The notes beneath the pieces were generated by a model. It was not told the origin of the DNA. It ran no database searches and saw only the letters and a list, made by a program, of their open reading frames with translations. Shown piece by piece: positions 18,101 through 26,371 of a DNA stretch of 64,000 nt. Numbering within the stretch: position 1 is the first letter of the stretch; each line of letters begins with the position of its first letter. The position numbers and the translations under genes were made by a program. Origin of the DNA: a virus; IMG/VR virus record IMGVR_UViG_3300026516_000166, positions 3,510-67,509 of that record. One strand, given 5' to 3'.

Positions 18101-18843
18101 AGCCGCACCCCTTCGCCAAGCAGCATTTGGCCCAACTCTCCAGCGTCCACCGGGTGTGACCTGCTGTGATCTTTGCAGAAGACCAGACCGCTGTCAGTTC
18201 CGTGTCCAGCGAAGTGCCAGACGTCCACCTTGCGGCGAAGGGCGGCCAACAGGGAGGAAAGCGTTGCACCTTCAGGGAGCGGATCGGGGACTTCCAATCT
18301 TCCTTGCTTCACCAGGGGCGCAATCATCTGCTCAATCCCTTCCCATTCCTGACCGACCCTCAAGGTGAACATATCCGATGGTGACGCCCCAGTGAACAGT
18401 AAGCGCAAAGGGCGATCCTGCGGCCAGGGGGCCGAAGAGATTGGAAGACGCGTGAAGCGAGTGACGGGCGTCTGACCGTCCAGGGCGAGGAAGCGACCAA
18501 GCGTTTCGTCGTAAAGCAATTCCCACGGCAGCGCGGCCAATTCAGCGGCGTCAATGGTCAGGCGCAGACGCAGGATACCTTCATCGCCCACACCAGCCCT
18601 GCTGGCACGCCACAGTTCCGCCACGGCGGGCGCACCGAACGCGCACCGCCAGAGAGCGCTACCGATAGCTTTCAGGTCTATCCCTGGTGCCGAGTCTCGC
18701 AGGTCTTCAAGCGCTTGAGGGCTAACGGTGCAGGGCAGGATGGCGGCCGCGGGGGTCTGGCCGGCAGGGGAGTCGATGACTTCGACGCTGACGGCGGCGA
18801 GGGTGCCTGATAGGCGAAGGTCGAAGTTGCGTGATGGTTCCAT
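15199..18843 (-). CDS. CHAT (caspase-like) - NACHT NTPase - FGE/SUMF1 domain protein
   Basis: LPWELL, HFAGHG and NACR CHAT dyad; GEPGSGKTT and LLLDALN NACHT; YPITYSQF, VSWYDAVAFC, LPTEWQWEKAARG, NVWEWC, RGG, GFRV FGE domain. Confidence 0.9.
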   Translation of the reverse strand: MEPSRNFDLRLSGTLAAVSVEVIDSPAGQTPAAAILPCTVSPQALEDLRDSAPGIDLKAIGSALWRCAFGAPAVAELWRASRAGVGDEGILRLRLTIDAAELAALPWELLYDETLGRFLALDGQTPVTRFTRLPISSAPWPQDRPLRLLFTGASPSDMFTLRVGQEWEGIEQMIAPLVKQGRLEVPDPLPEGATLSSLLAALRRKVDVWHFAGHGTDSGLVFCKDHSRSHPVDAGELGQMLLGEGVRLAVINACRAGAGGGQAASVAGALLRAGIPSVVAMQADVSDTAADAFAGAFYDAIAVGQGVDQAVTAARKAIWAAGTSEWWTPALFMRTPEGRIWRVLVKTVTEARARELAYLDGVIEKYKYWAEKYTPLAGVAEVRVAAADSHQLDLPDPFIPVGFEKLVEHGFGAEPRIERVPVNDLRKAVAKYMRLVVLGEPGSGKTTTLWRLAYDFAVAARRDPQAPLPLLVPLEAYSGPESALAYAQGYFEELGPHLPTYLRSKRVILLLDALNQMPQIDRTDRVERIQALLDQYHDVSVVVTCRALDYVETLKLEKLEVKPLKVGQQRAYLHRYLDKWDKFAGEKLFWQLCGGEEIADLWQKWQLAGGTWKQFWTAPDIPHDVRLSLHYADAEMWRVMRKDGPPPLQALGRNPFMLVMLAQVYVANKGVLPQNRGRLFAAFVDTLLRREEKHCDPLIWPGADPLRRAMTSLAYAMQTAGEFGTAVDAGWAAKQMAQQGIDGDKVVYLCASASLLDISNSQVRFVHQLVQEYFAALALAERLQQGDDLRQYWSWSKGQSEPFTFLIRLPDFDPQLELLLLISLRLQYDHGLNKHSSTDWAQPSGWEETFILLAGMLPTMTPLIEQLLPVNPALAARCIAESGGERPSMATIREVQDRLVGVITSSQSSVLERNAAGVAINHVGDPRRGVGLYADGLPDIEWVFVPAKDPKSGREEFIYGDEWKSNREVRTERDFWIARYPITYSQFQAFLDAPDGFRIPHWWDGLAASPEHHRDAGEQRFKHWNHPRENVSWYDAVAFCRWLTEKAKGHPNLLPVELNRGRDWKITLPTEWQWEKAARGHDGRQFPWAGEYERGIYLSGSMAGELFLDKTTPVGMYPHTEPNDSPYGIADLISNVWEWCLNEYYSPENVQEKGTADRVLRGGSSDMNHDFQPAYLRNPYSPDMGNRTIGFRVVIVGSTRQFLSPSHDVRNGRM

Positions 18844-18942
18844 GACCCTTGCGCAGATTGTACTACACTCCCGCCCATTCCACAATGATCTATATCATAT
18901 TTTGACATCACGCATGAACTTCGCGAAAAACCCGAAAACCGC

Positions 18943-18982
18943 TTGACGAAAGCCCCGCCCTATGCTATAGTACATCTGTTCG
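18943..18982 (+). promoter_or_regulatory. promoter for scaffold/capsid operon overlapping a LexA-like box
   Basis: TTGACG(18943)-17 nt-TATAGT(18966) with extended TG; AGTAC-ATCT-GTTCG at 18969-18982. Confidence 0.65.
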
Positions 18983-19033
18983 TATCGATCCAAGTCCCTC
19001 CCCTGTGGAGGGCGCAATAGCTTCTCCCTCCTG

Positions 19034-19077
19034 AGTGCGTCGGGTACGCCATTTGCGGCCCGGCGCACTTTGTTTTT
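19034..19077 (+). terminator. intrinsic terminator in the leader of the capsid operon
   Basis: AGTGCGTCGGGT / GCCCGGCGCACT stem followed by TTGTTTTT. Confidence 0.6.
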
Positions 19078-19083
19078 GGCGAC

Positions 19084-19266
19084 ATGGCGATGCAACAGTT
19101 GGCCCGCTGCCGGTGGTGTGGTCTCACCTGGGCGATCCAGGTCAGGGCGACCACGCCCGCGGCCGCCGCGGTCACGAAGGCCAACCAGGGCGACCGCTGC
19201 CCGTTCTGCCAGTCCAGCAAGGTCGTTCTCCTGACGGAGCGAGAGTCCCAACAGACGCCCACGTGA
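19084..19266 (+). CDS. small Zn-finger protein
   Basis: CRWC...CPFC. Confidence 0.45.
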   Translation: MAMQQLARCRWCGLTWAIQVRATTPAAAAVTKANQGDRCPFCQSSKVVLLTERESQQTPT

Positions 19267-19296
19267 GCGGTCAATCACGGCAAGCGAGGATCAGAG

Positions 19297-19896
19297 ATGC
19301 CAGAAGACACTGACACCCAGCCGACCGAGACCGATGCCCCCCAGCCCGCCCCCGCCTTCACCCAGGCCGACATCGACCGCATCGTGAAGGAGCGGATCGA
19401 GCGGGTCAAGGCCAAATACGCCGACTACGACGACCTGAAGGCGCGGGCCGCCCGGCTGGACGAGATCGAGCGCGCCCAGATGGACGAGAAGGAGCGGCTG
19501 GCCGCCGACCTGAAGGCGCTGGAGGACAAAGTGGCCGCGGCTGAGCGGGCGCGCGACGAGGCGCTGGCGCAGTCGCAGGAGCGGCTCCTCCGCGCCGAGG
19601 TCACGGCGCTGGCCGCGGCCATGAGCTTCAAGTACCCCGGCGACATCCACCGCCTGGCCGACCTCTCCGCCGCCGCCATCGACGAGAGCGGCGCGGTGGT
19701 GGGCGTCCGGGAGGCGCTGGAGGCGCTGGCGAAGGAGCGGCCCGACTACATCGCCAAGCCCGCCGCCCCCAGGATCGACGGAGAAGCCAGAGGGCAGGAG
19801 AGCGACCTGCCCAAGCTGACGCCCGCGCAGGAGCGGGCGGCCAAGGCGCTGGGGGTCTCGCCCGAAGCCTACGCCAAGAGGCTCTCGCAGGCGTGA
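19297..19896 (+). CDS. capsid scaffolding protein
   Basis: FTQADIDRIVKERIER...KYADYDDLK coiled coil, upstream of the capsid genes. Confidence 0.8.
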   Translation: MPEDTDTQPTETDAPQPAPAFTQADIDRIVKERIERVKAKYADYDDLKARAARLDEIERAQMDEKERLAADLKALEDKVAAAERARDEALAQSQERLLRAEVTALAAAMSFKYPGDIHRLADLSAAAIDESGAVVGVREALEALAKERPDYIAKPAAPRIDGEARGQESDLPKLTPAQERAAKALGVSPEAYAKRLSQA

Positions 19897-19924
19897 CCCA
19901 TGAGTACACAAGGAGCATGAGAGT

Positions 19925-20335
19925 ATGGGCTTTGCATTAGCCTACCGGATGGCGGGCGGCGCGCCGACCATCTACGACCTGCCGGTCAAGGCCAACGCGG
20001 TGATCTCACTGGGCGAGCTTGTCAACCTGGAGAGCGGCTACGTGGACGGCGCGGCCACCAACGACGCGGCCTTGGTCGGCATCGCGCTGGAGGCCGCCAA
20101 CAACACGGGCGGCGCGGACGGCGCGCTGTCGATCAAGGCCATCGTGGACCCGGACGCGGTCTACGCCGTGGACGACGCCAACGCCCGCCTGGCCGGCGCG
20201 ACCCTGGACATCGCCGCGGGCGGGATGGGCGTGGCCGCCTCGGTCAACGCCGATCTCATCGTCGTCGCCCCGTCCAGCGCGGCCGAGCGCACGCTGGTGC
20301 GCATCGCGCGGGCGTCCCACTACCTGACCGCCTGA
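19925..20335 (+). CDS. capsid decoration/cement protein (putative)
   Basis: Ala/Gly-rich, GELV...LVGIA pattern, between scaffold and MCP. Confidence 0.65.
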   Translation: MGFALAYRMAGGAPTIYDLPVKANAVISLGELVNLESGYVDGAATNDAALVGIALEAANNTGGADGALSIKAIVDPDAVYAVDDANARLAGATLDIAAGGMGVAASVNADLIVVAPSSAAERTLVRIARASHYLTA

Positions 20336-20376
20336 TGGTCATGCAGTTATGATCGTAAGTGCAAGGAGATAAGACG

Positions 20377-21279
20377 ATGGCTGGACCTGGCATCGCAATC
20401 AGTGAGCACTTTGGGGCGCTCCTGGCCCCTGGGCTAACGGAGGTCTTCTGGGAGGAGTACAGCATGATCCCTTCGGTGATCCCGCTGCTGTACTCGGTCA
20501 AGACCTCCAGCAAGGCAAGTGAGACCGACCAGGGCATCGGCTCGATGGGGCTGTTCCCTGAGTTCGAGGGGCGGGTCGAGTACGACAGCCCGGAGCAACT
20601 GTGGCCGGCCATCTGGCGGCACACCGAGTTCGCCAAGGGCTTCCAGATCGAGCGCACCCTGTACGACGACAACCAGTACGACGTGATGCGCGACCGCGCC
20701 ACCGACCTGGGCCGCTCCGCCTTCCGCACGCGGGAGGTCAAGGGGGCGAGCCTGTTCAACTACGCCGCCACGGCCGCGGGCTACGACGGCGTGCCGCTGA
20801 TCTCAGCCAGCCACCCCCTCTCGCCGTCCAACAGCGCGGTGCAGGGCAACACCTGGAACCTGGCCCTGTCCAACGCCAACCTCTCCACCGTGCGCACCGC
20901 CATGCGCGAGTGGACGGACGACCGCGGCAACCTGGCGAACGTGCAGCCCGACACCCTGCTGGTGCCCCCGGAGCTTGAGGAGACGGCCTGGAAGATCGTG
21001 CAGACCCCCTCGATCTACGAGCCGGGTTCGCCCAACCTGACCGGCAACTTCCACCGCAACCGCTACAACGTGATCGTGTGGGACTACCTGACCGACGCCA
21101 CCCGCTGGTTCCTGGTGGACAGCCGCCTGATGAAGCGCTTCCTCAAGTGGTACGACCGCATCCCGTTGGAGTTCGGCCAGACCGAGGACTTCGACACCTT
21201 CGTCGCCAAGTACCGGGCCTACATGCGCTTCTCGTTCGGCTACTCCAACTGGCGCTGGATCGCGTCCAGCAAGCCGTAG
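20377..21279 (+). CDS. major capsid protein (Mu gpT-like)
   Basis: FAKGFQI...DDNQY, DGVPLISASHP, PDTLLVPPELE, YLTDATRWFL, RFSFGYSNWR; SD AAGGAG. Confidence 0.85.
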   Translation: MAGPGIAISEHFGALLAPGLTEVFWEEYSMIPSVIPLLYSVKTSSKASETDQGIGSMGLFPEFEGRVEYDSPEQLWPAIWRHTEFAKGFQIERTLYDDNQYDVMRDRATDLGRSAFRTREVKGASLFNYAATAAGYDGVPLISASHPLSPSNSAVQGNTWNLALSNANLSTVRTAMREWTDDRGNLANVQPDTLLVPPELEETAWKIVQTPSIYEPGSPNLTGNFHRNRYNVIVWDYLTDATRWFLVDSRLMKRFLKWYDRIPLEFGQTEDFDTFVAKYRAYMRFSFGYSNWRWIASSKP

Positions 21280-21286
21280 GCGGATC

Positions 21287-21664
21287 ATGGCCCTGGACTT
21301 CGTGACCCTCTCGGTCAACAGCGCCCCTGACGGCAACGGGACGACCACCGACACCGTGACCCGCTCCGGCCAGATCCTGGCGGTTGGCCTGGACTACGAT
21401 CCGGGCGCGGCCGCGGGCACGGACGTGGTGGTCTCCTGCGCCAACCCTGCCGGCCCTGCGCTTACGATCATAACCGTAAGCGACAGCAACTCGGACGGCT
21501 GGTACTACCCGCGGGCCGGCGCAGTAAGCCCCGCCAACGCCGCCATCGCCAACTCGGTCATCGCGATCCCATTCCACGGCAACCTCCGGGTGACGGTGGC
21601 GGCGGCTGGTGGGGCCATCGCCGGCGCGGTCAAGGCGACGGTCTTCTATGAGGACGGGCGCTGA
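21287..21664 (+). CDS. hypothetical virion protein
   Basis: beta-rich ORF directly after MCP. Confidence 0.55.
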   Translation: MALDFVTLSVNSAPDGNGTTTDTVTRSGQILAVGLDYDPGAAAGTDVVVSCANPAGPALTIITVSDSNSDGWYYPRAGAVSPANAAIANSVIAIPFHGNLRVTVAAAGGAIAGAVKATVFYEDGR

Positions 21665-22011
21665 TGGCCTTCACCTACACCGGCGCGGTCGGGACCGACC
21701 TGGAGCAGGTGCGGCTGTTGATCGGCGACACCAACGCCGCCACCGCCCTCTTTCAGGACGCCGAGATCGAGTGGTTCTTGCAGGCCCACGGCGCGGTCTA
21801 CCTGGCCGCAGCCGCCGCGGCGCGGGCCGTGGCCGCCAACAAGAACAAGCTGGCCCTGCGGCTGCGGGAAGGCGACTACGAGCGCGACCTGGGCGGCATG
21901 GTCAGGCAGTGGCTCGACCTGGCCGACCGGCTGGAGCGGCAAGGCAGGTCCAGCGCGGCCATGGCGACGTTCGTCACCCGCATCGACGGCTACAGTAGGG
22001 TGCAGCCATGA
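21664..22011 (+). CDS. head-tail adaptor
   Basis: VRLLIGDT...FQDAEIEWFL motif and synteny. Confidence 0.7.
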   Translation: MAFTYTGAVGTDLEQVRLLIGDTNAATALFQDAEIEWFLQAHGAVYLAAAAAARAVAANKNKLALRLREGDYERDLGGMVRQWLDLADRLERQGRSSAAMATFVTRIDGYSRVQP

Positions 22012-22427
22012 TCGGCGTCGAGGAGCTGCACGGCCACGCCTGCACCGTCCAGCGCGGGCGGCTGGTATCTTCCGGCTCGCCCTACCACCCCGGTGGCACG
22101 ACCGTGGACTTCGACCCGCCCGCCGCGATAGTCTCCGTCCGCTGCCGCATCCAGCGGCTGGACAGCGCGACCATCACGGAGATCGTGGGCGGCGGCAAGG
22201 CAGGGACGATGGTAGCCACCGACTACCTGTACATCGCCTACGGCGACGCGCCGGTCTCCCTGGTGGAGCAGGGCAGCGCGCCCAGCCCGGAGAGCCTGCA
22301 CCGCGTGGTGGACGTTCTGCGCCCCGATGGGACGCTGCTGGACGCCGGGCCGTTCGAGATCGTGCGCGTCGTGGACATGGCGGGCGCGGGCGACGTGCTG
22401 AAGCTGGAGTTGAAACGCGTGCAATGA
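22008..22427 (+). CDS. head closure / head-tail joining protein (putative)
   Basis: synteny, beta-rich, ATGA coupling. Confidence 0.55.
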   Translation: MIGVEELHGHACTVQRGRLVSSGSPYHPGGTTVDFDPPAAIVSVRCRIQRLDSATITEIVGGGKAGTMVATDYLYIAYGDAPVSLVEQGSAPSPESLHRVVDVLRPDGTLLDAGPFEIVRVVDMAGAGDVLKLELKRVQ

Positions 22428-23095
22428 GCGACGGCATCCTCCTCATCGCCCCCGACAGCGACCTCAACACCGTGGCCGACCTGCTGGCCGCGGCGCAAGG
22501 GTTTCGGGTCAACGTCCTGCGCGGCTACGTGACGGGCCGCGAGGCGCTCAAGGAGATCGCCAGCAGCCGCTACCAGATCGTCCACTTCGCCGGGCACGGC
22601 TGCGTGGACAGCCTGCAGGCCAGCGACGGGCCGATTGACGACGAGTACCTGGAGATGGCGCTGCGCTCGTCGGCGGTGGAGCTTGTGCTGCTCAACACCT
22701 GCGCCAGCGTGGTGATCGCAGCCGGGCTGTACCGGGCGGGCGTCGTGCCGCGGGCCATCGGCTGGCGCATCGAGGTGGGCGACCAGACCGCCATCGACTG
22801 GGCCGTGGCCTTCTACTCTGCCCTGGCCCTGGGCGCGGACTACTGGGAAGCCTACCTGCACAGCGCCGAGATCATGCGCGCCCGCACCCCCAACTTCGAG
22901 CCGCCTGTGTTCCTTAACGGCCGCATCGCGCTGTTGGAGCAGCAGGTGATCGCCATCCAGGCCAAGCTGGACGGCCTGAACCGCGCCGTGGTGCTGCCCC
23001 GGCGCACGCTGGCGCTGGCTGTGCTGGCCGCTGCGGCGCTGCTGCTGGCCTACCACGTCTTCCTGGCCCCCCACCTGCAGGTGGTCGTGCGATGA
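22424..23095 (+). CDS. stand-alone CHAT (caspase-like) domain protein with C-terminal coiled coil and TM helix
   Basis: IVHFAGHG and VLLNTCAS His/Cys dyad, AVAFYSALALG; hydrophobic C-terminal segment. Confidence 0.75.
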   Translation: MSDGILLIAPDSDLNTVADLLAAAQGFRVNVLRGYVTGREALKEIASSRYQIVHFAGHGCVDSLQASDGPIDDEYLEMALRSSAVELVLLNTCASVVIAAGLYRAGVVPRAIGWRIEVGDQTAIDWAVAFYSALALGADYWEAYLHSAEIMRARTPNFEPPVFLNGRIALLEQQVIAIQAKLDGLNRAVVLPRRTLALAVLAAAALLLAYHVFLAPHLQVVVR

Positions 23096-23598
23096 TCAAG
23101 GTCACGGTCGAACTGACCTCCACCGACATCGCGCCGCGCGCCTTCCGCGGGTCGGACAGCCTGGCGGCCCGCATCTCGCGCAACACGGCGGAGCGCGGGC
23201 TGAAATACGCCCGTGAGAACGTCGCCCCCGGCAAAGGCCCCGGCCCCCACCCGCACCGGCCTGGGTCTGACCACGTGGACACCGGGGCGCTGCGGGACAG
23301 CCTCAAGGTAACTGAGGGCTGGGGCGGCGACCTGCTGTTCGAGGGCCTGCCCACGGGCCTCTCCTGGGTGACGGCGGTCTCGACCGACCTGGACTACGGG
23401 CTGTATCTCGAAATGGGCTGGACGACCAAGGCAGGGACGCACTACCGCTACCCCTGGCTGTTCCCGGCCATGACGCTAGCGCAGCGCGACTTTGCCCACC
23501 TGGCCCGCACCACCGCCATGCGCTGGGTCGAGCAGTACCAGCGCGGCTACGCCCGCATCGGCAACGCGCCCGTGTCGGCCACCTGGCTGCCCGAATGA
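23092..23598 (+). CDS. HK97 gp10-like neck protein
   Basis: VDTGALRDS, YGLYLEMG, YPWLFPA. Confidence 0.75.
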   Translation: MIKVTVELTSTDIAPRAFRGSDSLAARISRNTAERGLKYARENVAPGKGPGPHPHRPGSDHVDTGALRDSLKVTEGWGGDLLFEGLPTGLSWVTAVSTDLDYGLYLEMGWTTKAGTHYRYPWLFPAMTLAQRDFAHLARTTAMRWVEQYQRGYARIGNAPVSATWLPE

Positions 23599-24038
23599 GC
23601 AAGACCACCGACAGCCTGGCCGCGGCCATCGCCTGGCTGCACCCGCTCTTGCCGGCCGGGGTCGCCCTGCACGGCCTGGAACTGCCCGCGGGCTGGCAGC
23701 CCAGCCCGACCGCGCTGGCCCTGCCTGATGGCGGCGGGCGCGCCCTCGACCTGCCGGTGATCCACCAGGCCCTGGCCTTCTGGTGCTATGGCAGGACGGC
23801 TGAGGAGGCCAGAGACGTGGCCGACACCCTCTGCGGCTTGCTGCACCGCTCTGCGGTTATGAAGATAACGACAAGCATGGGCGACGTATACGTCGGCCCC
23901 GGCGAAGTCCTGACCGAGCCGCTCTACCTGCGCGAGCCGGACACCCTATGGCACCGCTGGATCGTGCGGGCCAGCGTGCGAGTATCGGAGACGCCGGTGC
24001 AGGTTGAAGAACCAGAACCGGGACCAGTACCAACCTAG
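23595..24038 (+). CDS. tail terminator / completion protein (putative)
   Basis: FWCYGRT..EARDVAD...LH pattern and synteny. Confidence 0.65.
   Translation: MSKTTDSLAAAIAWLHPLLPAGVALHGLELPAGWQPSPTALALPDGGGRALDLPVIHQALAFWCYGRTAEEARDVADTLCGLLHRSAVMKITTSMGDVYVGPGEVLTEPLYLREPDTLWHRWIVRASVRVSETPVQVEEPEPGPVPT
23856..23869. promoter_or_regulatory. dispersed palindromic site inside tail terminator gene
   Basis: GTTATGAAGATAAC. Confidence 0.6.
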
Positions 24039-24055
24039 ACTTACAGGAGATGAGC

Positions 24056-25045
24056 ATGAGGATCGCCTATGGTTCCGTGGCCCAGCCCGGCCAGCCCTTC
24101 GGCTACGGCGTGATCGGCCAGATGCTGAAGTGGGCCTTGGAGCAGGCCGGGGCCGAGATCGTGACCGGCTTCGGCTACGATCTTTCGGTGGTGGTCGGCC
24201 TGCCCTGGTCGTGGCTGATCGGCCCCGACATCCGCCGCGACCTGGTCTTCCACACCATGTACGAGGCGTCCCCCGCGCCGCCCGATTGGGTGGACGTGAT
24301 GAACCGCAGCCGCGGGGTGTGGGCGCCGAGCCAATGGGTGGCCGACCTGTTCGTGGAGAGCGGCGTGCGGCGACCTGTGCTGGTGGGCGGCTACGGCGTG
24401 GACACCGCCATCTTCCGCCCCGTCTCCCGCCGCGGACGCTCCGGGCCTTTCCGCGTGCTGGCCTGGGGCCGCGGGTTGATCTCGCGCAAGAACCTGCTGA
24501 CCGCGGCCAAGGTCTTCGCCGCGGCCAACCTGCCCGACGCCGTGCTGGAGATCAAGGTCAACGCCGACGATACAGCCGCGCAGGACGGCCCCATGCCGGG
24601 GCTGGAGAACGTGATCGTGCGCAAGGTCGATTGGAGCACTTTCGACCTGGTGGCCTGGCTGCAATCGGGCGACGCCCTGCTCTACCTCTCAAGCGGCGAG
24701 GGCTTCGGGCTGATGCCGCTGGAGGCCATGGCGACGGGATTGCCGGTGATCTGCGCGGCCAACACCGGGATGCTGGACTACCTCAGCGAGGAGACGACGC
24801 TGCTGGTGCCCTGCACCGACCTGCGCCAAGCGCCGCTCTACCGGGCGCGCTTCCGGCACGACGCCTGGTTCCACCAGCCCGACTTCGACGCCGCGGTCGA
24901 GCAGTTGCGCTGGGCCTACGCCCACCGAGAAGACGCCTACGCGCTGGGCGAGCGGGCCGCGGCGGTCGTCGAGCGCGACTGGACGTGGCGCAAAGCTGGC
25001 GACAGGGCCATGACCCTGCTCTATGACATCTGGAGCAAGGAGTGA
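24056..25045 (+). CDS. glycosyltransferase family 4 (GT-B)
   Basis: APSQW, GVDTAIF, RKN, GEGFGLMPLEAMATGLPVI signature. Confidence 0.9.
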   Translation: MRIAYGSVAQPGQPFGYGVIGQMLKWALEQAGAEIVTGFGYDLSVVVGLPWSWLIGPDIRRDLVFHTMYEASPAPPDWVDVMNRSRGVWAPSQWVADLFVESGVRRPVLVGGYGVDTAIFRPVSRRGRSGPFRVLAWGRGLISRKNLLTAAKVFAAANLPDAVLEIKVNADDTAAQDGPMPGLENVIVRKVDWSTFDLVAWLQSGDALLYLSSGEGFGLMPLEAMATGLPVICAANTGMLDYLSEETTLLVPCTDLRQAPLYRARFRHDAWFHQPDFDAAVEQLRWAYAHREDAYALGERAAAVVERDWTWRKAGDRAMTLLYDIWSKE

Positions 25046-25049
25046 CGAC

Positions 25050-25568
25050 ATGGGCGGTATCTCTGCTGCCACAAGCAACAACATCCTCTACGGCACCAAC
25101 GGCTACATGTCGGTCGGCGCAGTCGATCTGGGCGCGACCGAGGGCGACTTCCAGGTCGAGTGGGGCGCTGAGCACTACTACCCCGACCTGGCGCAGGCGC
25201 TGGGGCCACTGGCCGGAACCGGCAAGGTCAGCAACGCCTTCTTCCGCTTGAAGGCGACCCTGGCCGAGTTCGGCTGGACCAACCTGTCTGTGATCCTGGC
25301 CGAGTTGGGCGCGGACTCCAGCGGGTCCAGCTACAAGTTCGGCGGCGGCGTGCTGAACGCCCCGGTCGAGTTGCAGAACGTGACCCTGCTGGGCCTGACC
25401 CGCAACGACAACAAGCCGGTCAAGATCACGCTGCCGGTGTGCTACGTCGAGGTGGACAGCATCGCCTTCAGCAAGGCCAAGGAGGCGACCCTGCCCGTGA
25501 CCTTCATCGGGCTGTACACCACCACCGACCCCAAGAAGCTGCCCGGCTTCATCGAGATTGGCAAGTAG
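25050..25568 (+). CDS. major tail tube protein (putative)
   Basis: DLGATEGD, KATLAE, AFSKAKEATLPVTF; precedes chaperones and TMP. Confidence 0.75.
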   Translation: MGGISAATSNNILYGTNGYMSVGAVDLGATEGDFQVEWGAEHYYPDLAQALGPLAGTGKVSNAFFRLKATLAEFGWTNLSVILAELGADSSGSSYKFGGGVLNAPVELQNVTLLGLTRNDNKPVKITLPVCYVEVDSIAFSKAKEATLPVTFIGLYTTTDPKKLPGFIEIGK

Positions 25569-25634
25569 AAGACCCAAGAGCCGCCCTGACGGCCCTTCAT
25601 AGACTTACATTCATAAGAGCATGGAGATACGACG

Positions 25635-26000
25635 ATGCCCAAGAGGATCGTACTGAACCTTCAGCAGTCCCGCGCTGAAAAATCCATTACCACGCCGGTG
25701 ATCGTGGACTTCGACGGCGTGGAGCACGCCATTCGCCGCCTCGACCTGGACGCCTTCCTGGAGATCATGGAGATCGAGCAGGAGTTCGAGGCGATGAGCC
25801 GGGAGGAGGCCGAGGGCAAGGCCGACCGCGGCCGGCAGCTGGCGATGCTCTCCCGCCTGAAAGACCTGATCCGCGTCGTGCTGCCGGGCTTCCCGGTGGG
25901 CGGGCTGGAGCTTGAGGAGTTGATGGCCGTGGCCCAGGCGCTGCAAGCCTCGGTCGCCCCCGACAACGCCGAGGCCGGGAGCGACGAGCCGGGGGAATAG
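25635..26000 (+). CDS. tail assembly chaperone (gpG-like)
   Basis: acidic, between tail tube and TMP, ends in slippery GGGGGAA-TAG. Confidence 0.75.
   Translation: MPKRIVLNLQQSRAEKSITTPVIVDFDGVEHAIRRLDLDAFLEIMEIEQEFEAMSREEAEGKADRGRQLAMLSRLKDLIRVVLPGFPVGGLELEELMAVAQALQASVAPDNAEAGSDEPGE
25991..25997 (+). other. programmed -1 frameshift slippery site GGGGGAA
   Basis: immediately before stop; the -1 frame runs open into ORF 26003-26371. Confidence 0.7.
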
Positions 26001-26002
26001 AC

Positions 26003-26371
26003 GTGGCCTGGATGCTGGCGCGCTTCCTGCACTGGTATCCGGGCTACACCGCCGAAGCCGCCCTTGCCATGCCCGCCAGCCGCTTCTTTGCCCTGGCCCA
26101 TGCGATCCGCAAGATCGAGGCCGCCGAGGACCTGCGCCGCCTGCGCACCGCCGCCGTCGCCGCCCACCCCGGCGAGCGGGGCGAGCAGTTGGACACGCTG
26201 CGCGAGGATCTCGTGGGCGCGTTGGGCCAGCGCGCGGCCCGACCATCCACCCCTGTCATTGCCAACATAACCCCAGGCGTGAGATCATCCGATGGACTCC
26301 GTGAAGAACTTGAACAACGCATCGCCGCGCACCAGGCGCGTATTCAGGCTGGTCCCGATCCGCTGCGCTAG
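26003..26371 (+). CDS. tail assembly chaperone extension (gpGT-like)
   Basis: -1 frame relative to upstream chaperone; YPGYTAEAALAMP..RF pattern. Confidence 0.7.
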   Translation: MAWMLARFLHWYPGYTAEAALAMPASRFFALAHAIRKIEAAEDLRRLRTAAVAAHPGERGEQLDTLREDLVGALGQRAARPSTPVIANITPGVRSSDGLREELEQRIAAHQARIQAGPDPLR

